A DNA stretch of 64,000 nt from an uncultured Chloroflexia bacterium (GCA_963774265.1 CAVZDU010000001.1:320001-384000); one strand, 5' to 3'; numbered from the stretch's first letter, positions 44,257 through 54,432 are shown. Numbers and translations are program-made. Notes: generated by a model from the sequence alone, not told the origin.

Positions 44257-45249
44257 TCATAGCCACCTCCTCAGCACAGCCGACAGCGCGGCAGCCAGAA
44301 TCGCCGTGACTGGAATCGTCGTCAGCCAAGCCGTGACAATCTGCCTGGCGGTACCCCAACGAACCTTGGAGACGCGCTCGGCCGAACCGACGCCCATAAT
44401 CGCCGAGCTGACGACCTGTGTCGTACTCACAGGGCCACCTATTAGCGCGGCCATGATGATGACCGAAGCCGAGGCAAACTGCGTGGTGAACCCATGGATG
44501 GGCCGAATTTTGTAGAACTTGCCGCCCAACGTCCGGATAAGCCGCCAGCCCCCGGTGGCGGTGCCGGCCGCGATGGCCCCCGCGCAGATTGCGATGACCC
44601 ACAGCGGCACGCGGAAGCTCGGTATCGATCCGGCCGAGACCAGCCCCAACGTAATGATCCCCATCGTCTTCTGCGCGTCGTTTGTGCCGTGGGAAAGCGC
44701 TAACGCCAACGCCGTCACGATCTGCCCCCGCTTGAAAAAAATATTGATGCCCGGAGTCGCTTCACGCGCCAGAAACAGCACCGTCTTCATCACCAGGTAG
44801 CCCGCGAGCAGGCCAAGGGGGGGTGAAATGGCGAGCGCCAACAATACTTTGCCTAGCCCGGCCAACCTCACGACGCCGAATCCACTGTCAACGATCGCCG
44901 CGCCGATCAGTCCGCCCACCAGCGCGTGAGATGAACTGGATGGAATGCCCAGCCACCAAGTGAACACGTTCCAGGTGATCGCGGCGATAAGCGCAGCCAC
45001 CACGACCACAAGCCGTATCTCGCCCTCATTCAGCACTTCGTGGCCGATGGTCGTGGCAACGGCGACCCCGAATAGGAATGGACCGACAAACTCTGCGATG
45101 GCCGTGATCGTCAACGCCTGCCGGCCCGTGAGAGCACGCGAGGCGATCATCGTCGCGACAATGTTTGAGCTGTCGTGAAACCCGTTCAAGAAGTCGAAGA
45201 CCAGCGCCAACACGATCAGCAACAGCAACTGCAAGGGGACTCCAAACAC
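44257..45249 (-). CDS. PiT family inorganic phosphate transporter
   Basis: NGFHDSSN, GIPSSSSHALVGG, HGTNDAQKTMG, PVSTT. Confidence 0.93.
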   Translation of the reverse strand: MFGVPLQLLLLIVLALVFDFLNGFHDSSNIVATMIASRALTGRQALTITAIAEFVGPFLFGVAVATTIGHEVLNEGEIRLVVVVAALIAAITWNVFTWWLGIPSSSSHALVGGLIGAAIVDSGFGVVRLAGLGKVLLALAISPPLGLLAGYLVMKTVLFLAREATPGINIFFKRGQIVTALALALSHGTNDAQKTMGIITLGLVSAGSIPSFRVPLWVIAICAGAIAAGTATGGWRLIRTLGGKFYKIRPIHGFTTQFASASVIIMAALIGGPVSTTQVVSSAIMGVGSAERVSKVRWGTARQIVTAWLTTIPVTAILAAALSAVLRRWL

Positions 45250-45252
45250 ACC

Positions 45253-46221
45253 CTACTCCTTGTTGTCGCGTTCCACGGTGACCAGGCCTCTTTCGGCCAA
45301 CCAACTCAAGCCGTCAGCGATCTGTTCCGCCGAGCTGGCATTCCGGAACTCGCAAGTCCGTAAGATGTCGGTCGGGAGATGACGCGCAACCATGTTCCAC
45401 CTCATCTCCCCGTATCCCACGGGCAGGTGGTCATCCATGCCGATGATGTCGTGCAGATGCACGCCGATCATCCTGTCCGCGAAGCGTGTGAGCCAGTCCT
45501 CGTGCAGGCTGTAGCCCTTGTACTCCGATTTTTCCGCATGGCCGATGTCATGCCAGTAGCCGACCGTTTCGCCAAACCCCGACGCGAGTAGCTCATCCAG
45601 TTCGTGAATCAACGGGATATCGAAGTAATGATCGCGGTTTTCCACTCCCAGCCGGACGCCGCGCGGCGCGGCGTATCTGGCCAGCTCACCCAGGCTACGC
45701 CGCACAGACGCCAGGTGCGCAGCGGCTCGCTCGCTGCGCGCGGCCATCATTATCGATTTGGCCTCCTCGTATGCGGGGGTGTCGCGTTTGCCTTCCTTGT
45801 AAAGACGCGTCAACACGGCTTCAAGCGACTCGTCCATGTTCACCCGGCCGGAGTGGACGATCACAACCCGCGCCCCCAGATCGTGGGCCAGGTCTATGCT
45901 GCGTCGAACGGCCTCAACGCCGCGCCGCCGGTCTGCTTCGTCGATCGCAGAAATCAGCCAATCTCGCTCCTTGAGCTCTGCCACCGACACATCCGATGGG
46001 CAAGGCTCATGGACGCTGGTGATGCGCCGGCCGTTGAGGTGCACGCTCTCGAGCATGGCCGAGTCGACGCCATGATTCAGCTCGAAGCACGTGAAACCGG
46101 CCGTTTGCCCGGCCTCAAAGAACTCACCAAAACGCGCAAACCGCTGGATGCCCCACATGGTAGACAGGGCCACATGACACGTTTTCACTGGCCGCACTTC
46201 GGTTGCTTCCCTATTTGGCAC
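45253..46221 (-). CDS. Sugar-phosphate isomerase/epimerase (xylose-isomerase-like TIM barrel)
   Basis: SVHEP, VHSG, GVENR, WHDIGH, HLHD...DHLPVGYG, EFR. Confidence 0.8.
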   Translation of the reverse strand: MPNREATEVRPVKTCHVALSTMWGIQRFARFGEFFEAGQTAGFTCFELNHGVDSAMLESVHLNGRRITSVHEPCPSDVSVAELKERDWLISAIDEADRRRGVEAVRRSIDLAHDLGARVVIVHSGRVNMDESLEAVLTRLYKEGKRDTPAYEEAKSIMMAARSERAAAHLASVRRSLGELARYAAPRGVRLGVENRDHYFDIPLIHELDELLASGFGETVGYWHDIGHAEKSEYKGYSLHEDWLTRFADRMIGVHLHDIIGMDDHLPVGYGEMRWNMVARHLPTDILRTCEFRNASSAEQIADGLSWLAERGLVTVERDNKE

Positions 46222-47437
46222 TTAGAATCTCACTGATCTCACGCGTGGCCCAAAGTGCAGCGCCGGTGGTGTCGACAACCATGTCGCATGCCTCCAGCTG
46301 CGGCAGGTAGCACTTCTGAGCCATCAGAAACTGCTCTCTGAAAAACCTGTTGCGGAAGTAGTTAGGTTCGTATTTCTTCCGATAATCGACGTCTCGTTTC
46401 CATTTCCGCTTCATCCTGACCGCATCATCAGTCAGATATACCACCTTGATCCCGATCAGGTGCGCAACATCACTCAGCAGAAACGGGAAATTGCCCTCGA
46501 CCAAGACGATATCGGCCGGTTCGATCTCGATCGGAGCGCATCCCGGCTTCAGATTGCCGGCCAGGTTATGGCTGGAGGTGGCGCAAACGAAATCGTATCG
46601 AGGAGTGGCGATTTTGTGTCCCTGGCAGATGGCTTCCAGACTCTGTTTGAGAAGCTCAAAATGGAGTGCCTCTTTGCCGAGCGTGTCGATTCCTGTCTCC
46701 TCCCGATAGTCCCGGTCTGTCAGGAAGTTGTCCATCTCAATGGACGCTACTCTTGCGCCCGCCTCTTCAAGCAAGCCGCGCAGGCGCTCGACGATCTCGG
46801 TCTTGCCAGCCGCGGTTGGCCCAGCGACGGCGAAGAGGACAGGCGTTCCTTTAGCCGCGATGAGTCTCCTGGCACTTTCAACAAAGAGCTGATCAACCTC
46901 CGCATTCGCGGCCCTAAAATCCCTGTAGCCAACACCCTGGTAGCGCTCGAAGCGCTTCTGTCGCTGCTCGAAGCTCCTGAAGGGCATGCCCCCAAGGTGC
47001 GCCAACACTCCGTCGGTGAAATAGACCGTGCGGTGCAGAAAGTAGAATCCTCGGATGTCGAAGTAAAAGTGTTCGCCGACCCACTCTAGTGAGTACTCGC
47101 CCGTGACCAAACCAACAAAGAGCACGCGCGTCAGCCTGGCAATGTTCTCATCCAGCACAATCCGGCCGTCGACGCGTGGCTTGAGCTGGATCCGCGCATA
47201 GAAATCACTGCTGTTGACCCGCTTCTCGATCTCCTCCGCCCTGTCGATCTGTACCGAGCCCCAGCCCCCCTCGTCGGGGTAAAGATTCTGCAACGCATAA
47301 CGAAACTCATAAAGTTCCAGGTCCTCGACGCCTGGATTGATCCGCCTCAACTTGTCATACAACGCTTCGGCGAACAAATCCTGATCGGCGAATAGGTTTG
47401 ACACCGGCAACTCGTCCTCCGCTACACTATGCACCAT
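46211..47437 (-). CDS. Uridine-kinase/PRK-like P-loop kinase with unrecognised N-terminal domain (paralog 2)
   Basis: AVAGPTAAGKT, IEMDNF, PRYDF, LVEGNF, RKWKRD; ~190-aa N-terminal extension. Confidence 0.75.
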   Translation of the reverse strand: MVHSVAEDELPVSNLFADQDLFAEALYDKLRRINPGVEDLELYEFRYALQNLYPDEGGWGSVQIDRAEEIEKRVNSSDFYARIQLKPRVDGRIVLDENIARLTRVLFVGLVTGEYSLEWVGEHFYFDIRGFYFLHRTVYFTDGVLAHLGGMPFRSFEQRQKRFERYQGVGYRDFRAANAEVDQLFVESARRLIAAKGTPVLFAVAGPTAAGKTEIVERLRGLLEEAGARVASIEMDNFLTDRDYREETGIDTLGKEALHFELLKQSLEAICQGHKIATPRYDFVCATSSHNLAGNLKPGCAPIEIEPADIVLVEGNFPFLLSDVAHLIGIKVVYLTDDAVRMKRKWKRDVDYRKKYEPNYFRNRFFREQFLMAQKCYLPQLEACDMVVDTTGAALWATREISEILSAK

Positions 47438-48632
47438 ACTTGCCTACGCGACCCGCGTTGGCAAGCGCAATCGGCATGATGTCCTTGGCCGGCAGCACTC
47501 CCAGGCTGCCTCGCGCACAAGCGCGCTCGCCGAACTCGCCGATGCCGTCTGGGCGCACGTGCGGGGCGTACAGCAGCGTCGGCACCGGATGCCAACTGTG
47601 CGATTTAAGCACGGCCGGCGATGAATGGTCGCCACTGACGATTACCACGTCTGGCCCGAGCGACAGCAGGCGCGGCATCAGCGCATCTACCTCCTCAATG
47701 ACGCGCACCTTGCCCGCGAAGTCGCCGCTCTCGCCTGCTGTGTCGGTCTGCTTGACATGCAGATAGAAGAAATCGAAATCTCTCCAATTCTTCTCCAGCG
47801 CGGCAAACTCGTCTGCAATTGTCACGCCCTGGACGGCCAGGGTCGTCATCCCCACGAGTTTGGCAACCCCGCGATACATGCCGTTCACCGCGATGGCGGC
47901 GGCACGGAGGCCGAAAAGCTCCGCATATTGAGGCACCGCGGGAAATCGGGCGAAACCGCGCAGCAGGATCATATTGGCGGGCTGCCTGTCCCGCAACAGC
48001 CGGCCCGCTTGTGTGATGAATTGATTTGCCAGCGCTGCGGCTCGTTCGGAGTCTGGCCTGAGCGCGTTCACCGACAGGGGCTTCACGCCGATCGCTTGTG
48101 GATCCGTCTCGGTCAGGGCATCGCTCAGGCCAGCCCCTCGCATCACAAAGGCGAAACGGTGCTCCTTGACCAGCTCGACAAAGCAGTCGGCGCCGTCGAG
48201 CCGGATCGTCCGCAATAACTCCGCCAGCTCCCGGCTCGCCTCGGTCGGCAGCCGCGCGGCGCGACGATCCGTCAATACCCCCGCCGCGTCAACCGTGCAG
48301 AAATTGCCGCGCGCGGCCACGTCGTCAGGTCCCAGTTCAAAGTCGACCCCGAGCGCCTCCAGCGCCCCGCGGCCGATCTCGTACTCGAGTGGATCGTAGC
48401 CGAATATGGCAAGATGTCCCGGACCGCTGCCCGGTGTAATGCCCGGCCCCACGGGAACGGTCAGCCCCAGCGCCGATTGCGCGGCCAGCGCGTCGAGATT
48501 GGGCGTGGCCGCAGTTTCCAACTCAGTCTTGCCGCCCGGCTCCAACGGCAATCCACCGAGCCCGTCCATGATAATCATCGCAATCTTCGTGCGGGCCGGC
48601 ACAATCAAGTCTTGCAGAAACCTGAGATTCAT
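47427..48632 (-). CDS. apgM: Cofactor-independent phosphoglycerate mutase, archaeal/ApgM type
   Basis: IIMDGLGG, TELETAATPNLD, TPGSGPGHLAIFGYDP, GRGALEA, RGNF, DRRAAR, HVKQTD, SGDHSSP, HSWHPVP. Confidence 0.88.
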   Translation of the reverse strand: MNLRFLQDLIVPARTKIAMIIMDGLGGLPLEPGGKTELETAATPNLDALAAQSALGLTVPVGPGITPGSGPGHLAIFGYDPLEYEIGRGALEALGVDFELGPDDVAARGNFCTVDAAGVLTDRRAARLPTEASRELAELLRTIRLDGADCFVELVKEHRFAFVMRGAGLSDALTETDPQAIGVKPLSVNALRPDSERAAALANQFITQAGRLLRDRQPANMILLRGFARFPAVPQYAELFGLRAAAIAVNGMYRGVAKLVGMTTLAVQGVTIADEFAALEKNWRDFDFFYLHVKQTDTAGESGDFAGKVRVIEEVDALMPRLLSLGPDVVIVSGDHSSPAVLKSHSWHPVPTLLYAPHVRPDGIGEFGERACARGSLGVLPAKDIMPIALANAGRVGKYGA

Positions 48633-48690
48633 CAGAATGCCCCCATCCCGAAGGTGACGCGATTCCGCAGCAGAAACGGGATGTGTCGTT

Positions 48691-49875
48691 CTAGAGGATT
48701 TCGGCCATTTCCGGCGTTACCCATATGGCTGCGTCGGTCGTATCAACAACAATGTCGCACACCTGCATTTGGGGCTGATAACAGTCCATGGCCCTCAGAA
48801 ACTGAGTCCTGAAGAAACGGTTGCGAAAGTAGTTGGGATCATACTTCTGCCGATAGTCAATATCGCGTTTCCATTTCCGTTTGAGCCTGATCGGATCATC
48901 TGTCAGGTACACCACTTTAACTCCGATGTAGTCAGCCAGCTCCTTGCTCTGAAATGGAAAATTGCCCTCAAGGAAAATGACATCAGCCGGCTCAATCTCC
49001 AGTGGAGCGCAGCCCGGCTTCAGGTTGCCGTCCAAATCGTGGCTGGAGACAGACGAAGTGTAGCGAGGAATAGCGATCCTTTGCCTTTGGATGATCGCCT
49101 GAAGGCTCTCCATAAAGAGTCCAAAATGGTAGGCTTCTCTCCCTAGCGAATTGATGCCCATCTCATCCCGATAGTCGTTGTCGAGAAGGAAGTTATCCAT
49201 CTCGATGGAGGTAACCTTTCTTCCTAGTTGCTCAAGCGCACATCGCAAGCGCGCGACGATCTCGGTCTTTCCAGCGGCCGTGGGCCCGGCAAGCGTGACA
49301 AGAATGGGCGTGCCCTTCGCTGCGACGAGCCTCTTGACACTCTCGATAAAGCACTGATCCACCTGGGCATTAGCCTCTTTGAAGGCTTTGTAGCCCACAC
49401 TCTGGCACCGTTCAAATCGCTTTTGCCCCTGATCGAAGCGCCTCCATGGCTCGCCGTCAAAATGCGCCAACACCTGATCCGTGAAATAGGTGGTGCGACT
49501 CAGGAAGAGAAAACCTCTGATGTCGAAATAGAAATGCGTTCGAACCCACTCTTCTGAGTAGTCTCCCGTGACCAGGCCCACGAAAAGCATGTCGGTCAAC
49601 TGCACGATGTTTTCGTCCAGCACAATCTTGCCGTCGACCAGCGGCTTAAGTTGGATGCCAACATAGAAGTCGCGCGTGCCCATCCGCAGTTCGATATCTG
49701 CCTGGGCATCCAGCTTTACAGACGCCCAGCCTCCGGGCTTAGGGCACAGGTTGTCCAGTGCGTAACGGAATTCGTAGAGTTCCATTTCCTCCACCGCTGG
49801 GGCAATCGACTTCATCTTCTCGTACAGGAGAGAGGAAAAAACATCGGGATTGGACAACATGTGCGATGCCGACAT
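48691..49875 (-). CDS. Uridine-kinase/PRK-like P-loop kinase with unrecognised N-terminal domain (paralog 1)
   Basis: TLAGPTAAGKT, IEMDNF, LEGNF, RKWKRD; colinear with 46211..47437. Confidence 0.75.
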   Translation of the reverse strand: MSASHMLSNPDVFSSLLYEKMKSIAPAVEEMELYEFRYALDNLCPKPGGWASVKLDAQADIELRMGTRDFYVGIQLKPLVDGKIVLDENIVQLTDMLFVGLVTGDYSEEWVRTHFYFDIRGFLFLSRTTYFTDQVLAHFDGEPWRRFDQGQKRFERCQSVGYKAFKEANAQVDQCFIESVKRLVAAKGTPILVTLAGPTAAGKTEIVARLRCALEQLGRKVTSIEMDNFLLDNDYRDEMGINSLGREAYHFGLFMESLQAIIQRQRIAIPRYTSSVSSHDLDGNLKPGCAPLEIEPADVIFLEGNFPFQSKELADYIGVKVVYLTDDPIRLKRKWKRDIDYRQKYDPNYFRNRFFRTQFLRAMDCYQPQMQVCDIVVDTTDAAIWVTPEMAEIL

Positions 49876-49886
49876 ACAGGTGCCTC

Positions 49887-52184
49887 CTAGCTCGCGACAA
49901 CCTGCCGCCCGATGCCGAACACAAACGCATCGTACGCTCGTTTGGTCTTGGCATAGTTGCCATTGCGATCGAGCGCGATGCCTCTCCCAACGCCCGAAAC
50001 GATTTGCCCGATGCCGATCTCGGCCACCCGGCGTCCCAGTTTCTCCAACAGCGCGGGCGCACTCCCCGGCTCAGTGCTGCGGCCGTCAAAGATCACATGC
50101 ACGTAGACGTCGTTCAAGCCATACGCCTTGGCCATGCGCAGTAGCGCCAGCGGATAGTCAATCGAGCCATGTGAGCTTCTTTCCGAGAGCAGGCCGATCA
50201 GGTGCAGGCTGGCCCCGCGCTGCCGGACGTCCGCTATGGTGCGCAACAAAACCTCGTTGGTGTAGAACGAGCCATCCTGCATCGCCAGGCCTAGCCGCAC
50301 GTCGTCCTGCAGCACCACGCGGCCCGCGCCGATGTTCATGTGACCGGCCTCTGAATTGCCTGGCTTGTCCGCCTGCAGTCCCGCCGCCTCGCCAGCAGCC
50401 TGCAACTGGGCAAGTCCATAGCGCTGCGTCAGTGCGTCCCAGGTCGGCGTCGCTGCGAGCCAGATCGGATTATTCTCGTCCTCCTTGCCGATACCCCAGC
50501 CGTCGAGGATGATGAGCAGCACGCGGCGCGCCCCTCCCCAGTCATGCTCGAGCGCCAGACTTGCGCCATCCATCGTTTGCGGCTGCGGGATGCCGAGCGC
50601 ATGCAGTACGGTCGGCGCGATGTCGGCCAGCTTGCCATTGCGCAGGCGCACGAGCGACGGCCCAGCCGGATCCAGCAGGAGGAACGGCACGGGGTTGGCC
50701 GTGTGCGCGACGTGGGGCGTGCCGTCAGGGGTGGTCAGCTCTTCCAGGTTGCCGTGGTCGGCGGTCACGAGGACGACATAGCCAGCGGCGAGCGCGGCGT
50801 CCACCACCTGCCCCAGCCGCGTATCTACGGCCTCGGCGCACGCGAGCTTGGCGGCGCGGTTAGCCGTGTGGCCGATAACGTCGCCGTTGGCGAAGTTAGT
50901 TACGATCAGATCGTAGTGATCGGCGATGCCGAGCGCCACCCCGGCGGAGACCTCCGCCAGGCTCAGCTCCGGCGCCTGTTCAAAGGGAATCCTGGTGGGC
51001 GAAGGGATGCAGACATCGTGCTCGCCGAAGAATGGCTGGCTATTCCCGCCGTTGAAGAAAAACGTGACGTGTGCGAATTTCTCCGATTCGGCGATACGCA
51101 GTTGGCGCAGACCGGCGCGGGCCACAGCCTCTCCCAGGGTGTCCCTGATCTTCGTCGGTGCGAAGGCCACCGGCAGGTCCTTGAATTTCTCGTGGTAGAG
51201 CGTCAGGATGACGAAGGGGAGGTTGCTGAAATCGCGGCGCGGAAAGCGATCGAACCCCCGCTCGGTGAATGCCTCGGTCAACTGGATCTGGCGTTCGCCT
51301 CGCCTGCAGCAAAAGATCACAGCGTCGCCATCCTCAATCCGGCCAATCGGGGCGCCCTGCGCGTCCACCAGAACCAACGGTTCGAGGGCGTAATCGGTTT
51401 CGCCCTCGCGATACAACTCCCTCACTCCCTCGGCCAGAGCAACAGCGTCGGACGGCACAGGACGTGACGGGAAGATCTCCAGCAGGTCGCTGAGCTTGTG
51501 GATGATGAGATCGGGCCGGTCTTCGTCCGGGACAGGTGCGTCGCGGTCGTCGGGACTCGCCAGGATGATCACACTCCCGAAGCCGGCCTTGCGTGTCCCG
51601 AGGACATCCCGGGCGGTGTTATCGCCTACGTAGGCGCATCGCGCCGGATCAACGCCAGCCAACCGCGCGGCTTCCTGGTAAATGGCCGGGTCCGGTTTGC
51701 GCTTCCCGAAGACGGACGAGAGGATGACCGACTTGAAATAGGGGGCAAGTCCGTCGGCCTCAAGCCAGTCGGGGATCTCCCGGCTGGTGATGACGTTGCT
51801 GATGATCCCCAGAATGTAGCCGCGGCGGTGCAGCTCGAGGATGACTTGCCGGGCATCTTCCTGCACCACCCGCCGCCCCATGGTCTGGCGGTACTGGTAG
51901 GTCAGCTCAACCGCCAGCCCCGCGATCTCGTCGTCCGGATAATCGGGCAGCAGCCAGCGCGTCCACAGCTCGGCTTCAGGGGCTTCGATCAAGTGCTCGG
52001 TCGCCCACTTTCGGTAGACCTGGTAGTGCCGGTCAATCTCCTGGCAGAAGGTCTCGGGGTCTACGTGAGTCCCGACCAGCGTGGCGATCTGCTGCCGCGC
52101 CCGCGCCTGATGCGCCTCGTCTTTCAAGAGGATGCGCAAGGTATTGCCGAGGTCCAGGAAAACGGCATCAATCTCAGGAGTCAT
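49887..52184 (-). CDS. HAD hydrolase fused to circularly permuted GpmI-type phosphomutase
   Basis: FLDLGNTL...KPDP...GD HAD, then GpmI C-half (ESEKFAHVTFFFNGG, NGDVIGH, TADHGN, DIAPT), then GpmI N-half (LIILDGWG, NSEAGH, DGRST). Confidence 0.88.
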   Translation of the reverse strand: MTPEIDAVFLDLGNTLRILLKDEAHQARARQQIATLVGTHVDPETFCQEIDRHYQVYRKWATEHLIEAPEAELWTRWLLPDYPDDEIAGLAVELTYQYRQTMGRRVVQEDARQVILELHRRGYILGIISNVITSREIPDWLEADGLAPYFKSVILSSVFGKRKPDPAIYQEAARLAGVDPARCAYVGDNTARDVLGTRKAGFGSVIILASPDDRDAPVPDEDRPDLIIHKLSDLLEIFPSRPVPSDAVALAEGVRELYREGETDYALEPLVLVDAQGAPIGRIEDGDAVIFCCRRGERQIQLTEAFTERGFDRFPRRDFSNLPFVILTLYHEKFKDLPVAFAPTKIRDTLGEAVARAGLRQLRIAESEKFAHVTFFFNGGNSQPFFGEHDVCIPSPTRIPFEQAPELSLAEVSAGVALGIADHYDLIVTNFANGDVIGHTANRAAKLACAEAVDTRLGQVVDAALAAGYVVLVTADHGNLEELTTPDGTPHVAHTANPVPFLLLDPAGPSLVRLRNGKLADIAPTVLHALGIPQPQTMDGASLALEHDWGGARRVLLIILDGWGIGKEDENNPIWLAATPTWDALTQRYGLAQLQAAGEAAGLQADKPGNSEAGHMNIGAGRVVLQDDVRLGLAMQDGSFYTNEVLLRTIADVRQRGASLHLIGLLSERSSHGSIDYPLALLRMAKAYGLNDVYVHVIFDGRSTEPGSAPALLEKLGRRVAEIGIGQIVSGVGRGIALDRNGNYAKTKRAYDAFVFGIGRQVVAS

Positions 52185-53604
52185 TGACCCTCAGTGGGAA
52201 GATATCCAGCAGCTCGCGGCACGAGCGAATGATCACGTCGGGCATGTTGTCGCCGGTGGGAGGCTCCCTCTTCTTCTTGGCCTCATCCATCAGGATGATG
52301 ATCATCCCGAAGCCGGCCCGCCGGGTGCCCTCGACATCACGAAGTGGATTGTCACCGACATAGACGCATCGCGCCGGCTCGACGCCGATCCGCCGCGCGG
52401 CCTCCCAGTAGATCTCGGGCCCAGGTTTCCGGTTTCTGACCTTGGACGATAGCACCACCGCCTGGAAGTAGCCGGTGAGGCCGTCGGATTCGATCCAATC
52501 CGGGATCTCGGTCTCGGTGATGGTATTGGCGATGATCCCCAGGCGGTAGCCGCGCCGGTTCAACTCCAATACGGTTTCTTTTACGTCAGGCCGCGGGACG
52601 CGCCGCCCATCGTGATCGCGCCACAGTCTCGTGAGCTTTCCTGCCAGAGGGCCGATCTTCGCGGCCGGGAAATCGGGCAGCATGAAACGGGTCCACAATT
52701 CTTTCTCGGATGCTTCGGTCAGGGTCTCAAAAGACCACTTTCGGTAGGCTTTCCATCGTTCATCCAACTGTGCGAAGAACGTCGTCTCGGGGGTTTCTTG
52801 CGCTCCCACCAAAGACCTGAGCTGCTGCCTGGCCTCAGCCTGAAACGTCGCGTCTTCCACCACGATGCGCAGGGTGTTGCCGACGTCTAAAAAGATGGCT
52901 TCGATGTCCGGAATTCTCGCCGCAGCCTGTGGCGCTGCTGGTCGCTCGAATATGGGAACGTCAAGCAGGTCCGGCAGCGTCTCGGCGTAATAGTCAGCCC
53001 TGGCTTGCGGGTCGTATCGCACCGCCACGGTGGCCAGCCCTACTTGTTTGGCCCCCTCAAGCTCCCTGGCATCATGACCTACGAAGGCCGATTCAACCAC
53101 CGAGAGCCGCGCTTGCTGGACTGCGTTCAGGAAGATGGCAGGATCTGGTTTGCGCACGCCCAATGTTGAGGAGCACGCCACGACATCGATATATTCGGCA
53201 ACCCCTACTTGCTCAAGCCAATCCATTTTCTGTTCGAGCGGATAGATTGTGTCTGTGACAATGCCCAATAGAAAGCCGCGCCGCTTCAGCACCGCCAAGG
53301 TCTCTGGGCCACCCGGGACCGCGCGCACTGCGTTCGCGTGCGCCAGGATCTTCGCGACCAGCGCTGCGCGCTCTTCCGATCTGTCCACGCGATGGGTCCG
53401 GAGTACCTGGTCCCAATAGGCGACGGGATCGACGAAGCCCACGTTCGCACCTTGGTACATACTCTCGAGGAGCGCCTTATCCTCGGCAGAGAGGGGACCT
53501 GCGTAGCCCGCTTCCATGAGGATGCGGGCAGCGGCGTCATCCGTCCGTTCATCCCGCTCATAAAACACATCGGCTGCATCGAAGAAAATGCCTTTGATCG
53601 CCAT
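52174..53604 (-). CDS. Tandem double-HAD hydrolase
   Basis: Domain 1 FFDAADVF...KPDP...VGHD; domain 2 FLDVGNTL...KPGP...VGDNPLRD. Confidence 0.85.
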   Translation of the reverse strand: MAIKGIFFDAADVFYERDERTDDAAARILMEAGYAGPLSAEDKALLESMYQGANVGFVDPVAYWDQVLRTHRVDRSEERAALVAKILAHANAVRAVPGGPETLAVLKRRGFLLGIVTDTIYPLEQKMDWLEQVGVAEYIDVVACSSTLGVRKPDPAIFLNAVQQARLSVVESAFVGHDARELEGAKQVGLATVAVRYDPQARADYYAETLPDLLDVPIFERPAAPQAAARIPDIEAIFLDVGNTLRIVVEDATFQAEARQQLRSLVGAQETPETTFFAQLDERWKAYRKWSFETLTEASEKELWTRFMLPDFPAAKIGPLAGKLTRLWRDHDGRRVPRPDVKETVLELNRRGYRLGIIANTITETEIPDWIESDGLTGYFQAVVLSSKVRNRKPGPEIYWEAARRIGVEPARCVYVGDNPLRDVEGTRRAGFGMIIILMDEAKKKREPPTGDNMPDVIIRSCRELLDIFPLRVNDS

Positions 53605-53667
53605 CTCAATCGCCTCTTGCCATCCACCCCGGATGATGGATCGCCGTGCGGGCACTAGCACCCGTCG

Positions 53668-54432
53668 TTAGTGGTCTGTGGTCGACAGGGTTAGGGCCGC
53701 CACGACTTCCATAAGATCGTGAATTACGTGGTCCGGCGGTTCGGTGTCCGTTTCCCGGTCCAGTTTGTCGGTGAGAAACGACTTGATCAGAATCACAAGC
53801 CCATAACCGGCGCGACGCGCGCCGCTCACGTCCCGCGACACAGTGTCGCCCACGTAGGCGCATTCGATCGGCAGCAGTCCCAGCAGCCGGGCCGTTTCGA
53901 GGAAGATGTGCGGGTTGGGCTTGCGCCAGCCGAAGTTCGAGCTTGTCACGACGGGATCGAAGAAATGAGCGATGCCGTACTCGGCCAGTTTCACCTGTAC
54001 CATCCGGCGGCTGATGATGTTGGAAATCACCGATAGTCGCAAGCCGCGTTCGCGCAACGCCTCCAGAGCGACAGGCGCTTCCGGCCGCAGGGTGCGAATA
54101 TAGAAATGTGTCTCGTAGAAGAACGTGAGGTCTTCGGCGGCTTCCAGGAGACGATCTCTGGGCAGGCCGTGATCGGGAAAGATGTATTCCGTCCAGACCT
54201 GCCCCGGTGAGAGTTCGACCTCGCTAATCTCGCGCCAGCTTGTGTATGCCTTCATACCGGAAAGGACCGTCGCCTGCAATTCGGGCAGCGACAGATCCGG
54301 AGCGAGGCCCATCGCCGCCAGCAGTCGCTTCAACCCGCACGTGGCTTCGGTGCGCGTCGCATCATCGTAATACAGGTTTTCGAGCGTGCCGCCCAGGTCA
54401 AAGACGACGGCCTGGATGGGGTGGATCGCCAT
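53668..54432 (-). CDS. HAD family hydrolase
   Basis: FDLGGTL, ISN, KPNPHIF, YVGDTVSRD. Confidence 0.88.
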   Translation of the reverse strand: MAIHPIQAVVFDLGGTLENLYYDDATRTEATCGLKRLLAAMGLAPDLSLPELQATVLSGMKAYTSWREISEVELSPGQVWTEYIFPDHGLPRDRLLEAAEDLTFFYETHFYIRTLRPEAPVALEALRERGLRLSVISNIISRRMVQVKLAEYGIAHFFDPVVTSSNFGWRKPNPHIFLETARLLGLLPIECAYVGDTVSRDVSGARRAGYGLVILIKSFLTDKLDRETDTEPPDHVIHDLMEVVAALTLSTTDH

